A stretch of DNA of 64,000 nt. Origin: Candidatus Sulfobium sp. (GTDB lineage Bacteria; Nitrospirota; Thermodesulfovibrionia; Thermodesulfovibrionales; UBA6898). Shown in pieces: positions 8,844 to 19,325 of this stretch. The notes beneath the pieces are model-generated. The model worked only from the letters and a program-made list of their open reading frames with translations. It did not search any database and was not told the DNA's origin. The stretch lies in contig JARRRI010000007.1 of NCBI GenBank assembly GCA_037380845.1, positions 1 through 64,000 of the forward strand, written 5' to 3'. Each line of letters begins with the position of its first letter. Within the stretch, counting starts at the first letter, position 1. Both the position numbers and the translations under genes were made by a program.

Positions 8844-10422
8844 ACCCGCCGCCTGCTTCCTTCGCCGCCGCGACTGCCTCGTCGCCCGGCCGCTCATTTC
8901 TCAGGACAGACAGGAAGGCCGAGAAAAGGCCGAGAGCCGCCAGCACTCCCAGCACGACGAGATATCCCTTCATAAAGGCGGCATCTTTTACCGAAACAGG
9001 TATGAGCCGGTTATGGAATATATGCTGGACGTCGTAGAACCCCTTGTCCACCACATATTTATCCTCCAGACTGGTGAAAATAAGGCCGGAGATATCCACG
9101 CCGAATATGAGCCCCAGAGAGCGCATCATGTTCAGTATGCCTCCGGCGACGCTCAGTTTGTCCTTCGGGGCTGCGCCCATTATGGCACTGTTATTGGGCG
9201 GCGTAAAAAGTCCCATCCCTACACCAAGCAGTATCAGTATGACCACAAGAACCGCAAGATGGGAGGACTCCCCAAGAAGCATGAGAAGGAAACAGGCCAG
9301 GGCGCAAAGAAGCATGCCGGCGGTGGTCATCAGCCTCGGGCCTCGCCTGTCCGAGACGCTGCCGGCAAGGGGGGCCACGAGCCCCATGGCAAGAGGTATC
9401 GGCACAAGCAGGCTGCCCGTCAGCGCTACGCTGTAGCCGACCACCTTTTCGAGGTAGAAGGGCATCAGGAACATAATCGCAAAAAGGACGTAATAAGACA
9501 GCATGCCGGTCAGATTGCCTGCGGAAAACGTGAAGCTCCTGAACATTTTAAGGTCTACAAGCGGATATCTGACCTTGAGTTCCGTAATGATGAAGAGGCC
9601 GAGCAGAACGACCCCGAGGGCGAAAAAGGAAATTATCCTCGGCGATGTCAGCCCCAGTTTGACAACTTCGTTGAAGGCCAGCACCAGGAAGAGAAGACCG
9701 GTGGAGAAAAAAGCTGCACCCAGGTAATCAATCTTCTCTTTGTGCTCTTCCACCCGGTCGCGCGGCAGAATGAAGAGGGCGGCCAGTGTGCCGAAAATCC
9801 CTATGGGTACGTTTATATAGAATATGGCGCGCCAGCCTATCGCAGCTATGAGAACGCCGCCCACGAACGGACCGATAGACATCGCCACTGCCTGTACCGC
9901 CCCCTGGATGCCGATCGCCTTGCCCCTCTCATTGGACGGAAAGGCCGCCGTGATTATGGCAATGGAATTTGCCTGAAGAAGGCCGGCCCCTATCGCCTGC
10001 AGGGTGCGGGATCCGATTATGAAGTGGGCCGAAGGGGCCATGCCGCAAAAGGCGGAGCCGATGGTGAAGACTACGAACCCCGCATTATACAGTCTGGACC
10101 GGCCGTATATGTCGGCCAGCCTTCCGAAGAGTGGCAGAAAGATGGTAAGCGTAAGCATGTAAGCTATTGCGACCCACTCGATGGTGGCCAGCGAAACGTT
10201 GAAGTCGGACTTCAGTGTCGGCATGGCGATATTTACTATGCTTACATCCAGGGCGGACATGGTCGCGCCTATGAGAACGGTCGTCAGGATAAACCACCTC
10301 CATCCCGGATGTGAAGAGAAGGATGGATGTGGAAAAGACCGCCGCCTGGACATATCACGGGCCTCCTTAACGCCTCTTTCGGACCGGTCAGCCATGGGAA
10401 CGGCCTTCCCGGTTTCGGACAT
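8842..10422 (-). CDS. DHA2 (EmrB/QacA) family MFS efflux transporter
   Basis: LDVSIVNIAMP, GRLADIYGR, GPFVGG, WRAIFYINVPIG; about 14 TM helices. Confidence 0.9.
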   Translation of the reverse strand: MSETGKAVPMADRSERGVKEARDMSRRRSFPHPSFSSHPGWRWFILTTVLIGATMSALDVSIVNIAMPTLKSDFNVSLATIEWVAIAYMLTLTIFLPLFGRLADIYGRSRLYNAGFVVFTIGSAFCGMAPSAHFIIGSRTLQAIGAGLLQANSIAIITAAFPSNERGKAIGIQGAVQAVAMSIGPFVGGVLIAAIGWRAIFYINVPIGIFGTLAALFILPRDRVEEHKEKIDYLGAAFFSTGLLFLVLAFNEVVKLGLTSPRIISFFALGVVLLGLFIITELKVRYPLVDLKMFRSFTFSAGNLTGMLSYYVLFAIMFLMPFYLEKVVGYSVALTGSLLVPIPLAMGLVAPLAGSVSDRRGPRLMTTAGMLLCALACFLLMLLGESSHLAVLVVILILLGVGMGLFTPPNNSAIMGAAPKDKLSVAGGILNMMRSLGLIFGVDISGLIFTSLEDKYVVDKGFYDVQHIFHNRLIPVSVKDAAFMKGYLVVLGVLAALGLFSAFLSVLRNERPGDEAVAAAKEAGGG

Positions 10423-10725
10423 GCCCTTTACTGTGCATCGCCCCCCGCACGCATTTCATATGAAAAGTTTAGCTATTGCCCGGACGGATTACTACGCCTT
10501 TCTTGAGGACTTCGTGGTCATGCCCGGAGACAGGCTCGAAAAACAGAATATGCTAAAGAACGGAAGAGATGCGGCAGCCCGGGTCCGATCGAGTAACATT
10601 CAGCCCTTCTTCGCACCTTTGCGGGATTGTCTTCACTAAGCATCTGAAATGAGATAAACTTATTTCCGGATGGTTTGACTTCGCACTTTTGTGCAAGGAA
10701 GCTGTATAAATAAAAGGAGTTTCAA

Positions 10726-11148
10726 ATGATTACCAAAATGCTTGTCGGCTTTGACGCCTCCGAAGAATCATACAAGGCCTTTGATTTCGCACTTGACATG
10801 GCTGTTTCCCACAAATCCGAGCCGGAGATTCTGGTCCTTTCCGTGGTCAGGCCACCAGAGGGCATGAACCTTTTCGACACAGGCAGTCTGATCGATGAGG
10901 CCACTAAAGAATTCAAAACTGAGTTAAAAGGTCTTGAAGAAAAGGCCGGGCACACGAACGTCAGGATCAGCACCGAGGTTGCCGTAGGGCATCCGGCCGC
11001 CACGATCGTGAAGTTCGCGGAGGAAAGGAGTTGTTCACTGATAATAGTAGGCCACAGGGGCAGGTCGAAGCTTGGGGGTCTGCTCCTTGGGTCAGTGTCA
11101 AGACATATTGCCTCCCTGGCCGGGTGCACTGTTGTGATTGTCAGATAA
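10726..11148 (+). CDS. Universal stress protein (ATP-binding type)
   Basis: KMLVGFDAS...GHPAATI...GHRGRSKLGGLLLGSVS; SD AAGGAG. Confidence 0.92.
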   Translation: MITKMLVGFDASEESYKAFDFALDMAVSHKSEPEILVLSVVRPPEGMNLFDTGSLIDEATKEFKTELKGLEEKAGHTNVRISTEVAVGHPAATIVKFAEERSCSLIIVGHRGRSKLGGLLLGSVSRHIASLAGCTVVIVR

Positions 11149-11160
11149 TCTGCGGGTTCC

Positions 11161-13857
11161 CTACTTCCTGTTCATCCGCCTCAGGATATCACCGAGCTTC
11201 TGAATCTCCTCCCCGTAAAGCGGCCAGTCTCCCCTGCGCTGGGCCTCCATCGCCCGCTCAAAATGCTCTACCGCCCTGGAAGGCAGGTTCACTTCAGGCA
11301 CCGCGGACGGTGCCGGCCGGACAAGCGCTTCGACCTTCTCCATGGTCGACTGGCCGAATATACTGGCAAGGGCGCCATCGAGAGTCGTATCCATGGCTAT
11401 GCGGTCTTCGTATGCCACGATGACCCTCTTCAGCTCGGGTATCTTTCCCGTTTCGGCCCTGATATAGAGCGGCTGTACGTAGATCAGCGAATTCTCCACC
11501 GGAATGACGAAAAGGGTGCCCTGTCTCACATCGGAACCCCTCTGGTTCCATAGGGAAAGCTGTTGTGATATCTCAGGCTCCTGGTTTATCCTGGCGACGA
11601 TCTGCTGCGGCCCGTAAACAAGCCTGTCTTTCGGGAACCGGTAGACAATGAGCTTCCCGTAATCCCCGCCGTCGCATCGTGCGGCCATCCACGCCGAGAG
11701 GTTGTCCTTCTCCTTGGGGGTAAAGGGGAGCATGAGGATATACTCCTCGCTTTTCTCTCCCGGAAGCTTCATGATGGTATAGTACGGGTCCATCTGTGCA
11801 TGCTCGCTTCTGCCGCCCATAACCGGTATCTCCCATTCGTCTTCCCTGTTGTAAAAAGTCTGGGGATCCCGCATGTGATACGTCGTGTATACCGCCGTCT
11901 GAATGCTGAAAATATCCTTGGGATAGCGGATGTGCTTCCTGAGGTCCGGCGGCATGTCCGAAATGGGTTTCAATATTCCCGGGAATATCCTGCTGATCGT
12001 GCGGATGATCGGATCGTCTTCGTCCGCGATATAGAACTTCATACTTCCGTCGTAGGCGTTTATCGTCACTTTCACGGAATTCCTTATGTAGTTTATGCCC
12101 GAAAAAGGCTGAGAATAAGGAAACCGGCTGCTTTCCGTGTATGCGTCATATATCCAGAAGAGTTCGCCGTCTTTCGATATCACCATGTAGGGGTCCCGGT
12201 CCAATACGAGGAACGGCATTACCGCCTGCACCCTCTTCGTTATGTTCCGCTTGAACATGATTTTGCTCTGAGGGGTCACATACCTCGACAGAAATAACTT
12301 GAGAGAGCCGAAATACTCTGCAAAGATCAATTTTCTAAGGTCCGAGCCGACCCTCAACCCCCCTTTGCCCGCATATGTGTCATAGACGTTCCCGTCTTCC
12401 GAAGGGTAGTTGAACTCCTTTGCCTTCGTGTCGACTATCGCATAATCACTGGCAAGCTCGCCGTAATAGATCTCCGGCCGCTTCACCTGCAGGCCCTTTG
12501 CCGTGGAGCCTGGCGGGATGTCCTTTATCATCATTACCGGCAGCCCGTCGGGGGTTATCTCGTTGCTCAGACCGAGGGTCAATCCGTATCCGTGCGTAAA
12601 TGTAAGGACCTCGTTGATCCAGTTCCTGGTAGGGATGCTCTCGGTCGACAACTCCCTGGGCGAAAGGAGAGTCTGCCGGTATCTTCCGTCGATCATATAA
12701 CGGTCGTTGTCGATGGACACGAACTGGTAGTAAGTCCGTATCTCCTGCACCTGACCGAAAGTGTCGAGCAGCGGTCTCCGCTCCCAGAGGCGGATATTGT
12801 CGATCGTAGCCTTGTTGCGTTCGATGTCGGCGTTGCTGAGGGCCATGTCTCCGGAGATGTCTTTTTCCTCAACCCTGTTGAGATCGAAGGCCTTCCTCGT
12901 CGCCGCAATATTGTATCGTATGTAAGGAGTTTCCATTTCAAGTTCGCTCGGAGCTACCAGGAACTTCTGGAGAAGAGAAGGGTAAACAAGGCCGCCCAGG
13001 AAGGTAAGGACGACATAGGCCCCGATAGTACCGACGACGAGCCATCTTTTTTTCAGCAAGAGGTTGCTCAGGACGAGTAGCCCGGCAATTATCGCCGCCA
13101 TCAGCTGAACCTTCAGAAAAGGAATCATCGCATGGACATCGGCGTAGGTAGCTCCGGCCACGTGTCCATGGGATGAATAGATGATCTCGTGCATCTGAAT
13201 ATAGGCATTGAAAGCCAGTATCCAGAATAACAGGGCCCCAAGGACTGTAAGATGTATAGAGGGGACCTTCTCCATGGCAACCCCGTTCCGGCGCACAGAC
13301 ACCGTCCCCCTGGCAAGATAAATGCCGGCAACCAGCAGAAAAGAAATGACCAGAAGTGAAAGGACAGTCCCGCCGATGATATCGAAGACCGGAATGGCGA
13401 AAAGATAGAAAGACACGTCTTTGTGGAATATGGGGTCGGAGTGCCCAAACGGTACGGCATTGAAATAGGACAGAAAGTCAAACCAGCTGTCATGGAAGAG
13501 GACTGCGACAATAAGACCGAACATGGCGGGCATGATCAACTTCAGCTTGTCCAGATTATCGACTATGCGCCGAACGAGCTGAGTGTCCCATGCCGCCGGC
13601 AGGTTCACCGCCCTGCCCTTCGTGGCCCCCAGCGCGAACGCTATGCTGATATAAGTGATCACAAACCCGGCAGCGAATCCGGCAAGGGAAGAAATGGTCT
13701 GGGCTGTGACCTCCTTTTCAAATATTCCCTTGAACTGAAGGCCGCTGAACCAGAGCCAGTCGACATAGAGGGAAAGAAGCTTCGGCACGATCATTGCGGC
13801 CAAACCGATGCCAACGATTACCGCTATCTCAGTGCGTGAAAGTCTGCTGCTTTCCAT
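11161..13857 (-). CDS. UPF0182 (COG1615) family membrane protein
   Basis: YVDWLWF, DPIFHKDVSFYLF, NIRLW, DNDRY, FTHGYG, PEIYYGE, NYIRNSVK, YVQPLY, IPELKRV. Start moved to ATG 13857, which follows SD AGGAGGA. Confidence 0.92.
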   Translation of the reverse strand: MESSRLSRTEIAVIVGIGLAAMIVPKLLSLYVDWLWFSGLQFKGIFEKEVTAQTISSLAGFAAGFVITYISIAFALGATKGRAVNLPAAWDTQLVRRIVDNLDKLKLIMPAMFGLIVAVLFHDSWFDFLSYFNAVPFGHSDPIFHKDVSFYLFAIPVFDIIGGTVLSLLVISFLLVAGIYLARGTVSVRRNGVAMEKVPSIHLTVLGALLFWILAFNAYIQMHEIIYSSHGHVAGATYADVHAMIPFLKVQLMAAIIAGLLVLSNLLLKKRWLVVGTIGAYVVLTFLGGLVYPSLLQKFLVAPSELEMETPYIRYNIAATRKAFDLNRVEEKDISGDMALSNADIERNKATIDNIRLWERRPLLDTFGQVQEIRTYYQFVSIDNDRYMIDGRYRQTLLSPRELSTESIPTRNWINEVLTFTHGYGLTLGLSNEITPDGLPVMMIKDIPPGSTAKGLQVKRPEIYYGELASDYAIVDTKAKEFNYPSEDGNVYDTYAGKGGLRVGSDLRKLIFAEYFGSLKLFLSRYVTPQSKIMFKRNITKRVQAVMPFLVLDRDPYMVISKDGELFWIYDAYTESSRFPYSQPFSGINYIRNSVKVTINAYDGSMKFYIADEDDPIIRTISRIFPGILKPISDMPPDLRKHIRYPKDIFSIQTAVYTTYHMRDPQTFYNREDEWEIPVMGGRSEHAQMDPYYTIMKLPGEKSEEYILMLPFTPKEKDNLSAWMAARCDGGDYGKLIVYRFPKDRLVYGPQQIVARINQEPEISQQLSLWNQRGSDVRQGTLFVIPVENSLIYVQPLYIRAETGKIPELKRVIVAYEDRIAMDTTLDGALASIFGQSTMEKVEALVRPAPSAVPEVNLPSRAVEHFERAMEAQRRGDWPLYGEEIQKLGDILRRMNRK

Positions 13858-14078
13858 GTATGTTCCTCCTCTGCCAGAAAAGGCGCGGCTTCCAGGAGCT
13901 ACTGCACTTTTTATGTTAATCCCACCGGCCGCAAAAATACCACTCCCCGGGACGCAGTAGTTCGTGTCCGGCGGCACGATTTTCCGGGAAATACGGCGGC
14001 AAGCGGCGGTTCTGACCTGACGCCGCAAGGGTCCCGGTGCGCAATCTCACACGCGTCAATAGAGTATAATAGGGGAAA

Positions 14079-15497
14079 ATGAAGATAGAAAATAATATCA
14101 TACTATCGAATGTGTTCAATATCGCGCTGATTCTCCTGGTCGGTTTTTTTGCACTGCAGAACCTCAATGTCATGCTCACCAAGCTGAGGTTTGTCGAGAT
14201 AGCCGACGACCTGAACGCTTCATTCCTTGAAATGCGGATTTCCGAAAAAAATTATTTCCTTTACGGAGACGAGGCTGCACTGTTCGAAATAAGGGACAAG
14301 ATAAACAATACCATGGAGTCCATCGAGGCGGTGAAAAACGATATTTCCCGGGCCATCGGTGAAGGCAATCTCGAAAAGCTCAGGGACTATCTGAAGAGGT
14401 ATTCCATTGCGGTGGAAGAGATGAGAAGAAGCGGTACCAGGGACATACAGATGGAGACGATGCTGAGGGCGGCAGGCAGAAAACTGAGGGAGTTCTCGGA
14501 AGAAACCACGAGGCTCGAAAAGAGAAAGGTGAACGAGATCATCGCCAACTCCAAGAAGGTGCTGTTTTATTCATTCTGGGCCATCGTCGCCATGGCCATA
14601 GTCGTGAGTCATTTCATATCCCAGAAAATCCTGCGCTCCCTGAGGGAAATAGAGAAACTGGCGAAGTCGATTTCCCAGGGGAACTTCAGCGGGGTAAGGG
14701 GGGCGGTGCCGGCCGATGAATTCGGAACGGTAATGAACGCTATCAATACCATGTCGGAAGAACTGAAGACCCGGGAGGAAGAGCTTATCCAGTCAAAAAA
14801 ACTGGCGTCCCTGGGGGTCCTCACTGCGGGCGTTGCTCACGAACTGACCAACCCGTTGAACAACATATCCATGATCGCCCAGAATTTTGTGGAATATCAT
14901 GACTTCCTTAACAGGGAAAACAGGATAGAGCTTATGAAGAAGGTGGAAGGCGAGGCCGAGAGGATCCAGGAGATCGTCAGGAACCTCCTGGACTTCTCGA
15001 AGCCCAAAGAAGCGAACCTCAGGGAAGCCGACATAAACGACACCGTGCAGAAATCGCTGGCACTCATGCAGAACACTCTGGACATCTCAAACATAGAGAC
15101 CAGCCTGTCTCTGCGACCGGGTCTTCCCCACGTGTTCATAGACGACCACCAGATACAGCAGGTGCTTGTGAACCTCATCCTGAACGCGGTACACGCGATG
15201 TCGCCCGGGGGAACCCTGTACCTTTCAACGGAAGCCGGCGAAAACGGCGACACGGTCAGGATCGATGTCAGGGACACCGGCAAGGGGATACCTCCGGAAT
15301 TTATTTCCCATATATTCGACCCCTTTTTCACCACCAAAGGGGTAGGGGGGACGGGCCTCGGTCTGTCGGTCAGCTACGGGATAGTCAAAAACCATGGAGG
15401 CTACGTGAAGGTGGAAAGTACGGTGGGTTCCGGGACCACGTTCACCATAGAACTTCCGGTATACAGAGGAAAGGAGGCAGGAAATGGACAAATATAG
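14079..15497 (+). CDS. Membrane sensor histidine kinase with a HAMP domain
   Basis: Two TM helices, periplasmic LEMRISEKNYFLY, H-box AGVAHELTNPL, N-box NLILNA, DTGKGI, FDPFFTTK, GTGLGL. Confidence 0.95.
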   Translation: MKIENNIILSNVFNIALILLVGFFALQNLNVMLTKLRFVEIADDLNASFLEMRISEKNYFLYGDEAALFEIRDKINNTMESIEAVKNDISRAIGEGNLEKLRDYLKRYSIAVEEMRRSGTRDIQMETMLRAAGRKLREFSEETTRLEKRKVNEIIANSKKVLFYSFWAIVAMAIVVSHFISQKILRSLREIEKLAKSISQGNFSGVRGAVPADEFGTVMNAINTMSEELKTREEELIQSKKLASLGVLTAGVAHELTNPLNNISMIAQNFVEYHDFLNRENRIELMKKVEGEAERIQEIVRNLLDFSKPKEANLREADINDTVQKSLALMQNTLDISNIETSLSLRPGLPHVFIDDHQIQQVLVNLILNAVHAMSPGGTLYLSTEAGENGDTVRIDVRDTGKGIPPEFISHIFDPFFTTKGVGGTGLGLSVSYGIVKNHGGYVKVESTVGSGTTFTIELPVYRGKEAGNGQI

Positions 15498-15858
15498 GAT
15501 AATGGTGATCGATGATGAAAAGATAGTCTGTGACATGGCAAAAATGTCTCTCGAACAGGAAGGCTACGAGGTTGAGACATTCCTCAATGCGGAGCCGGCG
15601 CTAAAGAGGCTGGCGGAACAAAAATTTGATATTGTGGTCACCGACTATAAAATGAAAGGTATAGACGGGATGGAGGTGCTGAGGACCGTACGGAAGCTTT
15701 ACCCCGAGACGAGGGTAATAATGATTACGGCCTTTGCAAACCTGGATGCGGCCATCGAGGCGTTGAGGTCCGACGTGCATGATTTTTTTCCGAAGCCGGT
15801 AAAGATCAAGGAGCTGAAGGCGTCTATCCAGAGGGCGCTGGAAGAAGAAAACAGGTAA
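15484..15858 (+). CDS. Single-domain response regulator (receiver only)
   Basis: MVIDDE, VVTDYKMKGIDG, MITAF, FFPKP; 124 aa with no output domain. Confidence 0.92.
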   Translation: MDKYRIMVIDDEKIVCDMAKMSLEQEGYEVETFLNAEPALKRLAEQKFDIVVTDYKMKGIDGMEVLRTVRKLYPETRVIMITAFANLDAAIEALRSDVHDFFPKPVKIKELKASIQRALEEENR

Positions 15859-15933
15859 CTGGACGGGGTGTCGAAACTCCCGCGCAAAGGACACGGGAAT
15901 TCTCTTGATTAACTTGTCTGCAGAATTTGGCGA

Positions 15934-18498
15934 ATGAAGGATATTGTGGGACATTTGAAGTCTCTCCTGGGGCTGTCCAGGAAGCTGCACGGGGGGAGTC
16001 TTCCGTTCACAGAGGTCTTCAGGAGGTTCAGGGACGTCCTCGACAACAACAACCGCGCGCTCGAGATAATCACCGACATGGGGGAAAAACTGGGTGGCGA
16101 CTATCTCTTCGACGTGAACTACATCAGGGACGCTTATTCGCGGCTGTCGGGCGTCGTCGCCGGAGCTGTCCACAACTTTGACATCCTCACCCGCGGCCGG
16201 TACGGGCAGTTGCCGAAAGTATTCGAAAGAATCGACTCCCGGGTCACGGGGATGATATATGATGTGGCTTCCGTTTCGGGGGAGAGGGTTTTCTTTTATG
16301 AGGACATCTCCTGGGACATGGCGCGGGAAGTGGGGGGGAAGAACTCCGCCCTCGCCGAGATGATGAATTATCTGAAACTGAACGTGCCCGGCGCCTTCGC
16401 CATCACGACCCATGCCTTTGACGAATTCATGGAACATAACAGGTTGAATGCTGTGGTGGAAGAACTTCGGCACGGCGGGCCGGATGAGGCGAAGCTAGCC
16501 CGGATCCGGGACCTCATCATGCAAGCGGAAATCCCTGCGGGGCTGGACGCCGACATCGACGCGGCACTGGAAAAGATGAAGGAGAGATGCGGCGGCCCCT
16601 GTTTTCTGGCGGTAAGAAGCAGCGGGGAGGAGGAAGACGGGGAGTTTTCGTTTGCCGGACAGTTTGAGACCGTGCTGAACGTGACCCCTGAAGGCGAGGA
16701 ACTAAAAGCGGCCTACAGGAAAGTTCTTGCGAGCCTGTTTTCAGCCAAGGCGGCTGCCTATCAGAGGAGGCTCGGATATGAACCGGGGAAGATGAAGATG
16801 GCGGTGGGTTGCGTAGTCATGGTGGACGCGGTGTCGAGCGGGGTGGTCTATTCCTCCAGTCCCGACGGCGACAGGGGGACCCTTATCGTCAACGCGACGT
16901 GGGGGCTGGGAGAGTCGATCGTCGAAGGCCGGACAGACAGTGATTTTTACAGGGTGAGGAAGGGTGCTGAACCCGAAATATTGAGCGAGCAGGCAGGCAG
17001 CAAACAGTTCATGATCGTGAACCGGACGGGAGGAGGGACCGAGAGGATCGCTACCCCGGCTGACCGGGCGGGAAGACCCTGCCTTACACCGGAACAGGTG
17101 AAGGAACTCGCGGGTGTGGCCATGTTGATAGAGAAGCATTTCAGGAAACCGCAGGACATCGAATGGGCGATCGATTCCGGCGGGAGGATTTTTATTCTCC
17201 AGGCCAGACCCCTGCGAATCCAGGAAGAGGCGACAGCAAGGACCGTCCACGCCCCCCGGCCGGAAAGGCCCGGACCGGTCCTGATTAAAGACAGGGGGGT
17301 TGTCGTCCAGAAGGGCACGGGCGGAGGGACGGTATTCATCGTCCGAAACCCCGGTGAACTGGAACATTTCCCGAAAGGGTCCGTACTGGTTGCAAAACAT
17401 GATTCCTCGGATTTTGTACGGGTCATGCCGTTCGTGTCTGCGATCATAACCGACACGGGTACGCCCACCAGCCACATGTCCTCCCTCTGCAGGGAATTCA
17501 GGGTGCCCACCATAGTTAACGCAGGCGACGCGACCGTAACGCTGAAGCAGGGTCAAAAAGTTACCGTGCACGCCACCGGGGAAGGCTCCGTAGAGGTATA
17601 TGAGGGCATCAACAGGGACCTGATCGAGCATGAAGAGAGGGTCTCCATGAAGATGGAGGACGTCTATGAATACCGGAAGAAAAGGTTTGTGCTCAGATAT
17701 ATATCGCCCCTGAACCTCGTCGACCCCCTCCTGGACGATTTCGTGCCCGAAAGATGCAAGACCATACATGACATACTGAGGTTCATGCATGAAAAGTCGG
17801 TGGCGGAACTCGTCGACAGCGCCCGCTACGGCACCTCGATGCTGAAGAAACAGGCCGCAATCAAACTCGATCTGCCTATACCGGCAGGGATAATCGTAAT
17901 CGATATCGGCGGTGGTCTGAGCGTCCCCCCCGGCCGGGAAAAAGCGACGCTTGAACAAATCACTTCTGTTCCGCTCAGGGCCATTGTGAAGGGAATGATG
18001 CACCCGGGCGTATGGCATTCCCATGCGGTTTCATTGAAGGTGAACGACTTTCTGTCGAGCATGATGAGGATGTCGGACATAACTGCCGGGGACAATGAAT
18101 ACGTAGGCTACAACGTCGCGGTCGCTTCGGGTGAGTACATGAACCTCAGCCTGAGGTTCGGTTATCACTTTAACATGATAGACTGCTACTGCAGTGAAAA
18201 CACCCGCAACAACCATCTCTATTTCAGGTTTGTCGGCGGCGCTACCGACATCGTAAAACGCTCACGGAGAATAGAGCTTCTGGCAGCAATTTTGAGAGAA
18301 TATGGTTTTAATATAAAATCGAAGGGAGACCTTATCATCGCGAGGCTGGCCAATATAAGCAGGGAAGAGCTGGCCGGACTCCTCGATCAGACAGGCAGGC
18401 TGATCGCCTTCACAAGACAACTGGACGCCGTCCTTAACGATGACTCCGATGTTGAGCTGTACTCCCGGAATTTTATTGAGGGGAATTACGAATTCTAG
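15934..18498 (+). CDS. PEP-synthase-like dikinase: ATP-grasp and phospho-His domains plus a non-TIM-barrel C-terminal domain
   Basis: GGKNSAL, AVRSSGEEED, FAGQFETVLNV, DIEWA, LQARPL, TPTSHMSSLCREFRVP; the C-terminus (HDILRFMHE, RFGYHF, FRFVGGA, RQLD) is unlike PpsA. Confidence 0.85.
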   Translation: MKDIVGHLKSLLGLSRKLHGGSLPFTEVFRRFRDVLDNNNRALEIITDMGEKLGGDYLFDVNYIRDAYSRLSGVVAGAVHNFDILTRGRYGQLPKVFERIDSRVTGMIYDVASVSGERVFFYEDISWDMAREVGGKNSALAEMMNYLKLNVPGAFAITTHAFDEFMEHNRLNAVVEELRHGGPDEAKLARIRDLIMQAEIPAGLDADIDAALEKMKERCGGPCFLAVRSSGEEEDGEFSFAGQFETVLNVTPEGEELKAAYRKVLASLFSAKAAAYQRRLGYEPGKMKMAVGCVVMVDAVSSGVVYSSSPDGDRGTLIVNATWGLGESIVEGRTDSDFYRVRKGAEPEILSEQAGSKQFMIVNRTGGGTERIATPADRAGRPCLTPEQVKELAGVAMLIEKHFRKPQDIEWAIDSGGRIFILQARPLRIQEEATARTVHAPRPERPGPVLIKDRGVVVQKGTGGGTVFIVRNPGELEHFPKGSVLVAKHDSSDFVRVMPFVSAIITDTGTPTSHMSSLCREFRVPTIVNAGDATVTLKQGQKVTVHATGEGSVEVYEGINRDLIEHEERVSMKMEDVYEYRKKRFVLRYISPLNLVDPLLDDFVPERCKTIHDILRFMHEKSVAELVDSARYGTSMLKKQAAIKLDLPIPAGIIVIDIGGGLSVPPGREKATLEQITSVPLRAIVKGMMHPGVWHSHAVSLKVNDFLSSMMRMSDITAGDNEYVGYNVAVASGEYMNLSLRFGYHFNMIDCYCSENTRNNHLYFRFVGGATDIVKRSRRIELLAAILREYGFNIKSKGDLIIARLANISREELAGLLDQTGRLIAFTRQLDAVLNDDSDVELYSRNFIEGNYEF

Positions 18499-18653
18499 AG
18501 CGGCAACCGGCCGTGAGTCTGGCGGGAAATCTGACCAGGGAATCCATGAGGAACCGGATGCCTCCGATCTGGCCGGAGCGTTACATGTTTCATCTATATA
18601 ACCTCCGAAACAATAAAAAACCATACATCCGGGCACCCTGGAGGAGTTGATAC

Positions 18654-19325
18654 ATGATACCCCTGAGTGATGCCGACCGGCGGCCCGTCCGGTTTCCGCT
18701 CATCACCGTCCTCATCATCGGCGCCAACTCCGCTGTCTTCCTGCTGGAGCTCATGAAGGGCCGGCACTTCATATTGTCGCTGTCCTATATCCCGGCGCAC
18801 ATCGTCGGAGGCAGGGACCTGCTCACCATTATTACGGCGATGTTCGTTCACGCCGGATGGCTGCACATACTCGGGAACATGGTTTATTTCTGGGCCTTTG
18901 CTCCCGAGATCGAAGACGTCATGGGCCGGTGGCGGTTTGCGGTATTCTATCTGGTAGGAGGTATCGTAGCCTCACTCGTCCAGATAGGGATAAACCCCGC
19001 CTCGACGCTCCCCAACCTCGGGGCCAGCGGCGCCATAGCGGCTGTAATGGGGGCCTTCCTCATCACTTTTCCGCGGGACAGAATCCGCACCATTGTTATT
19101 CTCGGCTTTTTTGTCATTATTCCGTTTATCCCCGCGATGGTACTCGTCGGGATATGGTTCGTCCTGCAACTGTTCATGGAGGCAGGATCGGTGATGGCCG
19201 GTCAGACTGGAGGGGTGGCCCATATGGCCCACATAGGCGGCTTCTCTTTCGGGCTCCTGACGGCGCGCATTTTTGAAACTTCAAGGAAGCGGTCCGGCGG
19301 CCGCGGGACCGGCAGGCAACGGTGA
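18654..19325 (+). CDS. Rhomboid family intramembrane serine protease
   Basis: MFVHAGWLHILGNM, GASGA, AHIGG. Confidence 0.92.
   Translation: MIPLSDADRRPVRFPLITVLIIGANSAVFLLELMKGRHFILSLSYIPAHIVGGRDLLTIITAMFVHAGWLHILGNMVYFWAFAPEIEDVMGRWRFAVFYLVGGIVASLVQIGINPASTLPNLGASGAIAAVMGAFLITFPRDRIRTIVILGFFVIIPFIPAMVLVGIWFVLQLFMEAGSVMAGQTGGVAHMAHIGGFSFGLLTARIFETSRKRSGGRGTGRQR

Noticed and set aside
3..18498. Naming the dikinases ppdK and ppsA
   Set aside because: Both lack the C-terminal PEP/pyruvate-binding barrel.
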